The position numbers were made by a program, and so were the translations under genes. The notes beneath the pieces were generated by a model. The model saw only the letters and a list, made by a program, of their open reading frames with translations. It made no database searches and was not told the origin of the DNA. From positions 1 to 33,502 of IMG/VR virus record IMGVR_UViG_3300048855_000221: a stretch of DNA of 33,502 bases, one strand, 5' to 3'. Within the stretch, counting starts at the first letter, position 1. Each line of letters begins with the position of its first letter. This document shows, in pieces, positions 16,640 to 25,853 of this stretch. Origin of the DNA: a virus (Duplodnaviria > Caudoviricetes).

Positions 16640-17052
16640 TCGAGCCGGCGCTGTTCGCCCTGGTCACCGGCAATGCCGGTGTCGCCGCGCTGATCGGAAC
16701 CCGGATGTATCCGGAGGTGCTGCCGCAGGCGCCGACCTATCCGGCGATCACCTATACGGTCGTCACCGGCGAGAGCCACTACGCCATGCAGGCGCCATCC
16801 GGGCTGGCCCGCATCCGCGTGCAATTCGACCTGTTCACTCTGCGCAAGGCCGATGGGGTCGCGCTGGAGAAGGCGTTCATGGCGGCCGTCAGCGGCTTCC
16901 GTGGGACCGCGGGGTCGCCCCCGGTCCAGATCCAGGGGGCGTTCCGCGTGATGGAAGTGAACGCCTTTCAGAGCGACCTGGACAAGGCCGGGCCGAAGGT
17001 CCGGCGCAAGACCATCGACTTCGAGATCTGGCATCGGGAGAGCTACACATGA
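16636..17052 (+). CDS. Tail terminator/completion protein (DUF3168-like)
   Basis: IGTRMYPEVLPQAPTYPAITY..RVQFD; ATGA overlaps at both ends. Confidence 0.88.
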   Translation: MIEPALFALVTGNAGVAALIGTRMYPEVLPQAPTYPAITYTVVTGESHYAMQAPSGLARIRVQFDLFTLRKADGVALEKAFMAAVSGFRGTAGSPPVQIQGAFRVMEVNAFQSDLDKAGPKVRRKTIDFEIWHRESYT

Positions 17053-17483
17053 GCGAAGCATTCATCGGCCACGGTACCATCCTGGGGATCGGGGATGGTG
17101 CCACTCCGACTGAGGCGTTCACCGCCCTGGCCGAGGTGGTCAATATCTCCGGCCCCGGCATGTCGCGCGATACGCCGGACGTGACCCACATGGCCAGCCC
17201 GGAGGGATGGCGCGAGTTCATCGCCGGGCTGAAGGACGGCGGTGAACTGACTGTGGAGTTGAACCACCTTCCTGGCAACGCGACGCACGACTTGGCCGAC
17301 GGCCTGCTGGGCCTGTTCGTCAGCGGCGCCAAGACCAACGTCAAGATGACGTTCCCGGTGACGCCGGCGGTGTTCTGGATCCTGCCGATCATCGTGTCGG
17401 CCTTCGAGCCCGACCTTCCGTTGGACGACAAGGCCACCTTGTCGGCCACGTTCAAGGTGGCCGGCAAGCCGACCCTGACCTGA
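17049..17483 (+). CDS. Major tail tube protein
   Basis: ISGPGMSRDTPDVTHMASPEGWREFIAGLKDGG..FKVAGKP, lambda gpV-like. Confidence 0.93.
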   Translation: MSEAFIGHGTILGIGDGATPTEAFTALAEVVNISGPGMSRDTPDVTHMASPEGWREFIAGLKDGGELTVELNHLPGNATHDLADGLLGLFVSGAKTNVKMTFPVTPAVFWILPIIVSAFEPDLPLDDKATLSATFKVAGKPTLT

Positions 17484-17512
17484 CCCGACCTTTCCTCGAG
17501 GAGCGAGCGACC

Positions 17513-17872
17513 TTGACTAAACCCGCATTTACCGACCGCCAGATGGTGGTCGGGGACCTGACCTATACCCTGCGCTACGGCGTCCGCGCCATGGCGGCGC
17601 TGCAGGACCACTACAAGCTGGCGTCGTTCGACGAGGTCGGGCAGCGCCTGGGCAACCCGAAGGCCTTCGGCGCCAACGATATCGTCGCCATTCTGTGGGC
17701 GGGGCTGCGCACTCATCACCGCGACCTGAGCATGGACGACGCGATGGACCTAGTCGACGGCATGGGCCTGGACGAGGTGCAGGAGGTGATCGGCAAGGCG
17801 TTCGACGCCGGGTCGCCGCCGGCCATCGCCGACCGACAGGGCGAGGCCGGCGCCGAGGCGGGCCCTCAGTAG
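17513..17872 (+). CDS. Tail assembly chaperone (gpG-like)
   Basis: GAGGAG SD, TTG start; between tail tube and tape measure genes. Confidence 0.85.
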   Translation: MTKPAFTDRQMVVGDLTYTLRYGVRAMAALQDHYKLASFDEVGQRLGNPKAFGANDIVAILWAGLRTHHRDLSMDDAMDLVDGMGLDEVQEVIGKAFDAGSPPAIADRQGEAGAEAGPQ

Positions 17873-18201
17873 CCTGGACGGTCGACCTCCTCTTCGAGGA
17901 GGGCGGGTTCCTCGGCCTGAAGCCGGCCGAGGTGCTGGACATGACCGTCCGGGAGATCGACGCCTTTGCCGCCGGGGTGCGGCGACGGGACGAGATGGAG
18001 TGGCGCCGGGCCCTGTTCGGCGCCTGGCACGCGGCGCAGTTCGCGCGGGCCAAGAAGATCCCCGGCCTGGACAAGCTGATGCGCAGGATCGGCAAGTTGA
18101 AGCCGGCGCCGAAAAAGTCGCCGGAGCAGCTGCTGCGCATCGCCGAGATGCTGAATGCCGCGTTCGGCGGCGCCGACCATCGCAAGAAGACGGAGGGCTG
18201 A
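17860..18201 (+). CDS. gpT-like extension, probably reached by -1 frameshift
   Basis: -1 frame reads GLKPAEVLDMTVREI..AWHAA; heptamer G GGC CCT at 17860-17866 just before TAG. Confidence 0.75.
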   Translation, partial: GPSVAWTVDLLFEEGGFLGLKPAEVLDMTVREIDAFAAGVRRRDEMEWRRALFGAWHAAQFARAKKIPGLDKLMRRIGKLKPAPKKSPEQLLRIAEMLNAAFGGADHRKKTEG

Positions 18202-18204
18202 GGC

Positions 18205-20550
18205 ATGGCGGCGGTGATCGGCGCGCTGCGCGCGGAACTGTCGGCGTCGATCGCCGAATTCGCCGACGACCTGGGCAAGGCGGCGCGCGAGGTGCAGAAG
18301 TTCGCCGGCCGGTTCGAGAAGGTCGGCGACAGCATGCAGCGGGTCGGCGCCACCATGTCGCTGGCCATCACGGCGCCGCTGGTGCTGTTCGGCAAGCAGG
18401 CGGTCAGCGCGTCCGTCGATGCCGAGGAGTTGCAGAGCGCCTTCAACTATTCGTTCGGCGCCATGGCCGGACAGATGAACGATTGGGCGCGGACGACCGG
18501 CGATGCCATGGGCCGGTCGACCCAGTCGCTGCAGCAGCAGGCCTTCAGCTTCAACCAGCTGTTCAAGGCCGCGGCGCCGACGCCGGAGTTGGCGGCCGAC
18601 ATGTCGAAGCAGTTCACGCTTCTGGCCAACGACCTGTCGTCCTTCTTCAACGTCACCGAGGACGACGCGCTGGAGAAGCTACGGGCCGGCCTGGTCGGCG
18701 AGGCCGAGCCACTGCGCGCCTTCGGCGTGTTCCTGAGCGAGGCGGCGGTGAAGGCCAAGGCCCTCGAGCTCGGACTCGGCGATGCCAACGGCGAGTTGAG
18801 CGAGCAGGAAAAGATCATGGCCCGCGCGGCCATCATCATGGAGCAGACCAAGGACGCCCAGGGTGACCTGGCGCGGACGTCGAATTCGGCCGCCAACGAG
18901 CAGCGGGCCTTGACGGCGGTGATGCAGGAACAGTCGGTGCGGATCGGCCAGATCCTGCTGCCGGTGTGGCGGGACATGGTGGGCTGGCTGAAGAGCGGGG
19001 TCGACGCCTTTTCGCAGCTTTCGCCCGAAACCCAGAAATTCGTTGTGGTCGCGGCGGCTGTTGCGGCCGCGATCGGGCCGATCGTCGCCGGCATCGGTTT
19101 CATGCTGACGGGCTTCGCCGGGTTCTTGAAGATCGTGCCGGCGATCGTCGCCGCGGGCCGGGCCGTGGGCCTGGCCGTCGCCATGATGGGCGGCCCCGTC
19201 ACTGTCGTTATCGCGGCGATCGCGGCGCTGGCCGCGGCCTGGATCATGTATGGGGACCAGATCAAGGAGGCGGCGGAGAAGGCCTATCGGGCGGTGGACG
19301 AGTGGCTGGGCGGCGGCCTGACCGCGACAGTCCAGGCGGTGAAGGCCATCGGCCAGCAGATGTGGCAGGACCTGAAGCTGGTGATCCAGGGGATCGGCCA
19401 GCTGTTCTCCGGCGATTTCGCGGGGGCGATGGACAGCTTCCTGGCCATCTTCGCCAGCCGGTGGGAAGCGGCCAAGGGCCTGATGGATGCGTTCCTGCCC
19501 ACTTTCCTCGAGGCGATCAGGGCCTGGGGCGCGCAGCTGGTGACGCTGCTGGCCGGCGTGGTGGCGGCGATCGACCAGAGCATGGGCGGAGGACTGACCG
19601 TCGCGATCGAGGCGGTCAAGGTGCTGTTCACCGGGTTCCTGGAGCATATCCGCCTGGTGGCGCAGATGCTGGTGCAGCTGTTCAACGGCGACCTGTCGGG
19701 CGCCGTGACCAGCTTCGTGCAGGTCTGGCAGAACGGGTGGAACACGGCCAAGACGTTCCTCGACACCCTGTTGCCGCAGTTCCTGGAGACGCTGAAGGCC
19801 TGGGGGGCCGAGGTCGTCCGCATCGTCGGCGAGACGATCACGGCGGTCGGCACATGGCTGGTCGACCGGCTGGGCGAGATCGTCACCGCCGTCGGCGAGA
19901 AGCTGGCCATGGTGACCGGCTTCTTCGCCGACATGTACGACGCCGTGGTCGGCCATTCCTGGGTGCCGGACATGGTGACCAAGATCGGCGACGAGATGGC
20001 CAAGCTGGGCGACACCATGGTGAAGCCGGCCCAGGCCGCGGCCAGCTCGACGGAACGTGCGTTCTCCACCCTGGCCGATAGCGTCGGTGGCGTGCTGGAC
20101 GAGATGCAGTCCAGCGGCAAGGTCAGCTTCTCGTCGATGATCCGCCTAGCCGAGGATTTCGGGCGGGCGATGGCGTCGTTGTTCTCGCAAGGCCAGCCCG
20201 GCGCCGGGGGCGGTGCCGGCATGGGCGGCGGCGGTGGCGGCGGTGGCTGGGGCGGCATCCTGAGCAGCGTGATCAGCCTGATCGGCAGCCTGGGCTTCCG
20301 GGCCGATGGCGGGCCCGTGGCGTCCGGCCGCAGCTATGTGGTCGGCGAGGAGGGGCCGGAGGTGTTCACCCCGACCCGGTCCGGCCAGATCATCCCGAAC
20401 GGGCCCGGCGGCGGGGTGATGCACATGACTCTCAACTTAGCCGGGGCAAATGGCGACCGGGCGATCGCCGATGCCGCCTACGCCGCGGCCAAGCGCGCCA
20501 TCGCGGAAGCGCCGCACGCGGTGCTGGTGAACGAGGCCCGCTTCGCATGA
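18205..20550 (+). CDS. Tail tape measure protein, 781 aa
   Basis: Long Ala-rich helical protein with periodic aromatics; C-terminal RADGGPV..YVVGEEGPEVF..GQIIPN. Confidence 0.95.
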   Translation: MAAVIGALRAELSASIAEFADDLGKAAREVQKFAGRFEKVGDSMQRVGATMSLAITAPLVLFGKQAVSASVDAEELQSAFNYSFGAMAGQMNDWARTTGDAMGRSTQSLQQQAFSFNQLFKAAAPTPELAADMSKQFTLLANDLSSFFNVTEDDALEKLRAGLVGEAEPLRAFGVFLSEAAVKAKALELGLGDANGELSEQEKIMARAAIIMEQTKDAQGDLARTSNSAANEQRALTAVMQEQSVRIGQILLPVWRDMVGWLKSGVDAFSQLSPETQKFVVVAAAVAAAIGPIVAGIGFMLTGFAGFLKIVPAIVAAGRAVGLAVAMMGGPVTVVIAAIAALAAAWIMYGDQIKEAAEKAYRAVDEWLGGGLTATVQAVKAIGQQMWQDLKLVIQGIGQLFSGDFAGAMDSFLAIFASRWEAAKGLMDAFLPTFLEAIRAWGAQLVTLLAGVVAAIDQSMGGGLTVAIEAVKVLFTGFLEHIRLVAQMLVQLFNGDLSGAVTSFVQVWQNGWNTAKTFLDTLLPQFLETLKAWGAEVVRIVGETITAVGTWLVDRLGEIVTAVGEKLAMVTGFFADMYDAVVGHSWVPDMVTKIGDEMAKLGDTMVKPAQAAASSTERAFSTLADSVGGVLDEMQSSGKVSFSSMIRLAEDFGRAMASLFSQGQPGAGGGAGMGGGGGGGGWGGILSSVISLIGSLGFRADGGPVASGRSYVVGEEGPEVFTPTRSGQIIPNGPGGGVMHMTLNLAGANGDRAIADAAYAAAKRAIAEAPHAVLVNEARFA

Positions 20551-21233
20551 TCATCGAGAACATGCTGCTGGTGCCGTTTCCGGCCACCATCCTGGCGCCG
20601 AAGACGGAGAGGTGGCGGATCGCACCGCGCACGGTGGGGGGCGGCGAGACGCTGACCGGCGGTGAACTGGCGGTGACGGTCGGCGCCGGGCGCTGGCTGG
20701 CCGACATGAACTTCATGGTCTACAGCCCCGTCACCAACCGCGAGATGCGGGCCTTCGTGGACGACATGGAGGGCCGGGCCAACTACACCTTCATCGGCCC
20801 GTGGGACACGCTGAACGGGCAGGGCGTCATCGATCTGACCGGCGGCATTCCTTACGCCCCCGACCACGCGCTGCACAGCGATGGCTCCGGCTTCCAGCAG
20901 GGCGGCGTTCCATCCGTTGTCGTGCTCGACGCCGCCACGGGGGCGACGCAGATCCGGGTGTTTGCCGGGTCGGTCAACGTGCCGATCGTGCGTGGCGTGT
21001 TTGTCGGCATCGGCACCTGGCTGCACCGGATCATGGCGGCGGAGGCCCTTCCCAACGAGGAATGGCTGCTGACCGTGCGCCCGAAGCTGCGCGAGGCGGC
21101 GCCGGTGGGTACGCCGGTGGAGTGGGAGAAGCCGGTGGCGCCGATGCGTTTCGTGGCCGACGACGTCGGCGCCTATGACCGGCAGATCGACAACACCGGC
21201 AGCGTCAATCTGAGCTTCGTCGAGGTCTGGTGA
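20547..21233 (+). CDS. Distal tail-like protein
   Basis: Directly follows tape measure with ATGA overlap; ends LSFVEVW. Confidence 0.7.
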   Translation: MIIENMLLVPFPATILAPKTERWRIAPRTVGGGETLTGGELAVTVGAGRWLADMNFMVYSPVTNREMRAFVDDMEGRANYTFIGPWDTLNGQGVIDLTGGIPYAPDHALHSDGSGFQQGGVPSVVVLDAATGATQIRVFAGSVNVPIVRGVFVGIGTWLHRIMAAEALPNEEWLLTVRPKLREAAPVGTPVEWEKPVAPMRFVADDVGAYDRQIDNTGSVNLSFVEVW

Positions 21234-21838
21234 TGCCGCTGTTTCCAGAGACGGTGCGGGCGCAGGACTGGCGCTTCCACGTCAAGTGCAACCTGTATGT
21301 CCTGTTCGATTTCGCGACCGCGCCGATCCGGGTGTGGACCGGCGACGGGCCGCTGACCCGCGAGGCCGAGCTGTGGCATGGCATCGGCCGCCGGGTCGAC
21401 CAGAGCGGCAGCCCGCTGCAATCGATCGAAGGGCTGCAGCAGGCGATGAACGGCACGGCCCCGCTGATGACCCTGACTATGTCCGGCGTCGACAGCCGCG
21501 TGGTGAACGCCGCGCGCGAGGACCTGGCGGCCGGCGAGATCGAGGGGCACAGGCTGACGATCTGGATCGGGTTCATGGTGGCCGACGTGATGGGCGACGT
21601 GCCGCTGGACGATCTGGTGGTGCTGGGGGAATGGACCATGCAGCGCCCCAGCTTCGTCGGCCAGGGCCGCATCCTGCGCACCATCACGCTGCCCTGCGAG
21701 ACGATCTTCGCGCAGCGCAGCCGGGCGCCGTTCGGGATGCTGACCGACCGCGACCAGCAGCGGCGCTATCCGGGCGACAAGGCGCTGGAGTTCGTGCCGA
21801 GCATGGTGGACCGGGCGGTGACATGGCCACGCTTCTAG
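21230..21838 (+). CDS. Minor tail/hub protein
   Basis: IRVWTGDG..WHGIG..TDRDQQRRYPGDKALEFV..VTWP; synteny. Confidence 0.75.
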   Translation: MMPLFPETVRAQDWRFHVKCNLYVLFDFATAPIRVWTGDGPLTREAELWHGIGRRVDQSGSPLQSIEGLQQAMNGTAPLMTLTMSGVDSRVVNAAREDLAAGEIEGHRLTIWIGFMVADVMGDVPLDDLVVLGEWTMQRPSFVGQGRILRTITLPCETIFAQRSRAPFGMLTDRDQQRRYPGDKALEFVPSMVDRAVTWPRF

Positions 21839-22224
21839 CCGATCTCGCCGTGCATTGCCGGGTCGGCGCATCCAGCGCCTTCGTGTTCGGCTGCATGGAC
21901 TGCACGTCCTGGGTGGCCGACTGGGTGGCGGCCCGTACCGGCCGCGACGCCATGGCGGCGTGGCGCGGCCGCTATCGCACCCGGATGGGCTATCGACGGC
22001 TGCTGCGCCGCGTGCCGGGCGGCCTGGCCGGCGCCGCGGCGCAGGGCCTGGCCGGTGTCGGCGCAACCCCGATCGATCCCGCCGCGGCGCTGCCTGGCGA
22101 TGTCGGCATCGTCGAGACGACGGACGGGCCGGCGATGGCGATCCGTGGCCAGCTGAGCTGGCTGGCCAAGACCGGCGACGGGTTGTGGAAGTGCCAGGCG
22201 GCGACCCTGGCCTGGAGACTCTAA
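21823..22224 (+). CDS. NlpC/P60-like tail assembly protein
   Basis: FVFGCMDCTSWVADWV..WRGRY..PGDVG; lambda gpK-like position. Confidence 0.75.
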   Translation: MATLLADLAVHCRVGASSAFVFGCMDCTSWVADWVAARTGRDAMAAWRGRYRTRMGYRRLLRRVPGGLAGAAAQGLAGVGATPIDPAAALPGDVGIVETTDGPAMAIRGQLSWLAKTGDGLWKCQAATLAWRL

Positions 22225-22227
22225 CCC

Positions 22228-25200
22228 ATGCCGATGGCCATTCCGATCGTTCTGGCGGCAGGAGCGACCTTCGCCGGCGGCCTGGCCACCGCCGGCGTCG
22301 GCATCACCATCGCCGGCGTGGCCCTAAGCGCGGGGACCCTGGGGGCGATCAGCGCCGGGCTGTCGATCGCCGGCACCCTGGCCGGCATGCTGCTGGCGCC
22401 GAAGCCGCCGAAGCCGAAATTCGCCGATGGCAGCGCCAGCGTGAAGCAGGCGGTGCCGCCGCGGGTCCGCTGCTACGGCACCTATCGCCTGGCCGGCGCG
22501 TACATCTATTTCGTCAGCACCGACGAAGGCGACCTGAAGGCGATCACCAACCATTGCGCGCATGAGGTGGATGCGTTCGTCGAGCACTGGCTGGCCGACG
22601 AGCCGGTCACCATCGACGAAGACGGCTTTGTCGACAGCGGGGTCTACGACAACTACGACCCGATCCTGCCGGTGAAGGTGGTGAACTATCTGGGGACGCC
22701 GGACCAGAGCATCGCCGGCATCGCCGACGAATGGACGGTGGACCACCGTGGCCGGGGGCTGTGCTGCACCTATGTGCAGTATTCCGACATGAAGGCGGAG
22801 CTGCAGCAGAAGGTGTTCGCCAACGGCGCGCCGCCCTATCGCGTGACCCTGCGCGGCGCCAAGGTCTTCGACCCGCGCCTGGAAGGGACCGGCCCGGGCC
22901 AGCATGACCCGGAGGACGAGTCGACCTGGACGTGGTCGGACAACGCGGCGCTGGTGATCCTGGACTACCTGACCCGGACGGAGTTCGGGGTGCCGGTCGG
23001 GTTCGGCCTGCCCTTCACCCGCATGAACCTGGACAGCTTCGCCGAAGCGGCGGACGTGTCGGACCAGCTGATCCCGAAGAAGGCCGGCGGCACCGAGAAG
23101 CGCTGGCGGTCCTGCGGCGCCTATGAGCTGACCGAGGAGCGCAAGTCGGTCCTGTCCGACCTGCTGGACGCCTGCGCCGGCCGCCTGACCCAGGGGCCTG
23201 ACGGGCGGCTGGGCCTGTCCGTCGGCGCCGGCAAGGTGGCCGGGGCCGACGTGGCCGGCATGCCGGCGGCGGCCGTGAGGGTGACCGAAGACCATATCAT
23301 CGGCTTTGACTTCGGGCCCGGCGTCACGGCGCTGGACCGGGTCAACGAGGTACGCGCCACCTATGTTTCGGCGGACCAGAGCTGGGCCGAGGTCGAGGCC
23401 GGCATACACCGCGACCAGGATGCGATCGACCGCAACGGGCTGGAGAGCAGCGCGATCAAGCTGCGCTTCGTGCCGGCGGAAGGCCAGGCGCAGCGCGTGG
23501 CGCGGGCCGGGCTGATGCGCGGCAACCCGACGCTGGCCGGCAAGATCACTGGCTCGCTGAAGTTGCTGGACGCCTGGGGCGAGCGCTGGATCCGGCTGGT
23601 GATGACCGAGCTGGATGTCGACCAGATCTTCGAGGTGACCGGCCTGCGCTTCAACCCGGCGAACCTGACGGTCGAGATGGACCTGACCAGCTATGACGGC
23701 TGGTGGGACTGGGACCCGGGGGAGGACGAGCGGGACAAGGCCGACATCCCTCTGCCGCCGCCGCCGGTGCCGGACACGCCGGAGCCGACGGGCGTTGTTG
23801 CCGCTATCATGCACCGGCAGCAGAATGCGCAGACGGTCGTGGCGACCATGGTGGTGTCGTGGGATGCGCCGGACAGCGCATCGCTGCAGGCGCAGGGCCG
23901 GTGGCGCGAGGACCCCGCCGGCGCCCTGCAGATGGTGCGGGTGGAGCCGGACGCCACCAGCTTCGAGACGCCGCCGCTCGAGGACGGCAAGGCCTATCGT
24001 GGCGAGGTGCGCTTCGTCGGGTCGCGCAACACCGCGTCGGACTGGGTGACGGCGGCGCCGATCACCGCGGTGGCCGACCCGGTCGCGCCGGCATCGCCAA
24101 CGAACCTGACGGCCCAGGCGAACTCGCCGGCCACGGGGCAGGTGACGGTGTCGGCAAAGGCGCCGAACGACCCGAAGCATGTGGCGCTGCGCTTCTACCG
24201 GAACGGTAGCAGCACCTTTGCCGGGGCGACGCTGATCAACGGGCCGCTGTATTGCGCGCCGCTGTCGACGCAGACGTATATCGACGCGCCGCCGCCCGGC
24301 GACTGGTGGTATTTCGCAACCTCGAGCAACGGGTCGAATGTGGCGAGCGCGGCGGCGGGGGGGGTGCTGGCGGAGGTGTCGCCGGCGGCGCCGGTCATCA
24401 CCACGTCGCCGGCCACGATCGGCCAGACGAACCCGACCGTCGCCGGCACGGCTGTCGCCGGCGCCACGGTTAAGGTCTTTGCCAACGCGGTCCTGAACGT
24501 CACGACGACGGCCGACGGCTCCGGCAACTGGTCGGTCGCCCTGATCGCGCTCGGCAGCGGCGCGCAGTCGATTACCGCGACCGCGACGGTCGGGGGCAAC
24601 GAGAGCGCGGCGTCGGGCTCGGTGACGCTGACAGTGGTCTGGTACGACCCGGACGCGAGCGGCCATGCCGACTTCAGGGGCGGCAACTATCGCCTCAATG
24701 GCGCCGGCTCGACCCTGGCCGGCATCTTCGACACGATCACGACCTCGGCCCAGATCGTCACCAACGCGAACGGCTCGCTGCATCCGATCGCCGCCAACAC
24801 GGCGCCGCTGTGCGACCGCGGCCTGGAGCTGTGGGAGAACCGCACCAACCGCTGCACGAACCGCAATGCCAACCCGACCGACCTGACCGGCGTCACGCCG
24901 AGCGGCGACGTGCTGGCGACGCTGACCCGGGTGGACGACAGCGCGAACATGGGTGGCGGGTCGATCCTGAACGCCCTGCTGACCGCGGCCACGATCAACG
25001 GCTTCGTCTACAAGCTCGACAACAGCGCCGGCTCGACCGACGCCTTTGCCACGATCAGCGGCACGGTGGCGGTCGTTGGCGCGTGCCGCGGCTCCATCGT
25101 CTACCGGGGCTCGGCCGGGAGAATCGAGATCGGCGGCGTCACGGCGGTGTCGTTCGGGGCGTCGACGCCATACGCCCGCGTCGGCGGCAGCAGGACCGCG

Positions 25201-25803
25201 GCGGCGACCAGCGAACAGATGCGCATCGCGGCGCCGGCGGGGGCGGCGATCTACTTCATTCTCAACCAGCTCGAAAACGGCGCCTTCGACACGGCGCCGA
25301 TCGTAGTCAACGCAGCGACCGCGGCCCGCAATGCGCCGCTGATCACTCGCACCGTCGGCGCCGACTTCAATGCAACGGAAGGCTTCTTCGGTGCGCGCGC
25401 GAAGGTCGCCGCCGGCGTCACCAACAGCGGCATCGTGGTCGGGTCACTGCAGACCACGACCAACGATGCCAACCTGATCCAGTTCACGACGGCGACAGCC
25501 CTTCGCGGCTTGACCCAGGTTGCCGCCGCCGCGACCGGGCTTGCCTCTCAGGCACTGACCGCCACGAACATGACGACAGGGGTCTACGGCTTCAAGGCCA
25601 ACGACTTCGGATTCTCAGCCAACGGCCTGGCGACCGTCACTGACGTGTCTGGCGCGGTCCCGACCGGCACTCCGGCGAAGATCACGATCAGCATCAACAC
25701 GAGCTCGGCCCTGAATGGGGTCATCGAGCAGGTCAAATGGGGCACGACGAAGCCCGCGACCGCGACCATCCAGGCCAAGAGCGGCTGGACGACGGTCACC
25801 TGA
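22228..25803 (+). CDS. Tail tip/central fibre protein with FN3/Ig-like and C-terminal receptor-binding domains
   Basis: RGAKVFDPR..WTWSDNAALVILDYL tip-J-like core; Ig-like repeat about 24391-24636; GLELWENRTN fibre-like C-terminus. Confidence 0.88.
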   Translation: MPMAIPIVLAAGATFAGGLATAGVGITIAGVALSAGTLGAISAGLSIAGTLAGMLLAPKPPKPKFADGSASVKQAVPPRVRCYGTYRLAGAYIYFVSTDEGDLKAITNHCAHEVDAFVEHWLADEPVTIDEDGFVDSGVYDNYDPILPVKVVNYLGTPDQSIAGIADEWTVDHRGRGLCCTYVQYSDMKAELQQKVFANGAPPYRVTLRGAKVFDPRLEGTGPGQHDPEDESTWTWSDNAALVILDYLTRTEFGVPVGFGLPFTRMNLDSFAEAADVSDQLIPKKAGGTEKRWRSCGAYELTEERKSVLSDLLDACAGRLTQGPDGRLGLSVGAGKVAGADVAGMPAAAVRVTEDHIIGFDFGPGVTALDRVNEVRATYVSADQSWAEVEAGIHRDQDAIDRNGLESSAIKLRFVPAEGQAQRVARAGLMRGNPTLAGKITGSLKLLDAWGERWIRLVMTELDVDQIFEVTGLRFNPANLTVEMDLTSYDGWWDWDPGEDERDKADIPLPPPPVPDTPEPTGVVAAIMHRQQNAQTVVATMVVSWDAPDSASLQAQGRWREDPAGALQMVRVEPDATSFETPPLEDGKAYRGEVRFVGSRNTASDWVTAAPITAVADPVAPASPTNLTAQANSPATGQVTVSAKAPNDPKHVALRFYRNGSSTFAGATLINGPLYCAPLSTQTYIDAPPPGDWWYFATSSNGSNVASAAAGGVLAEVSPAAPVITTSPATIGQTNPTVAGTAVAGATVKVFANAVLNVTTTADGSGNWSVALIALGSGAQSITATATVGGNESAASGSVTLTVVWYDPDASGHADFRGGNYRLNGAGSTLAGIFDTITTSAQIVTNANGSLHPIAANTAPLCDRGLELWENRTNRCTNRNANPTDLTGVTPSGDVLATLTRVDDSANMGGGSILNALLTAATINGFVYKLDNSAGSTDAFATISGTVAVVGACRGSIVYRGSAGRIEIGGVTAVSFGASTPYARVGGSRTAAATSEQMRIAAPAGAAIYFILNQLENGAFDTAPIVVNAATAARNAPLITRTVGADFNATEGFFGARAKVAAGVTNSGIVVGSLQTTTNDANLIQFTTATALRGLTQVAAAATGLASQALTATNMTTGVYGFKANDFGFSANGLATVTDVSGAVPTGTPAKITISINTSSALNGVIEQVKWGTTKPATATIQAKSGWTTVT

Positions 25804-25853
25804 GTTCGCCGCCCGGGCGGCTCTACACGACACCCTGACGGAGATCCGGCACC

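Noticed and set aside
20200-20256. GGC-rich repeat
   Set aside because: Poly-Gly linker usual near tape measure C-termini
22324-24783. 819-aa antisense ORF, and similar long ones (9552-11021, 18679-19956, 4287-5291)
   Set aside because: Shadow frames of GC-rich genes; Arg/Gly/His-rich with no motifs
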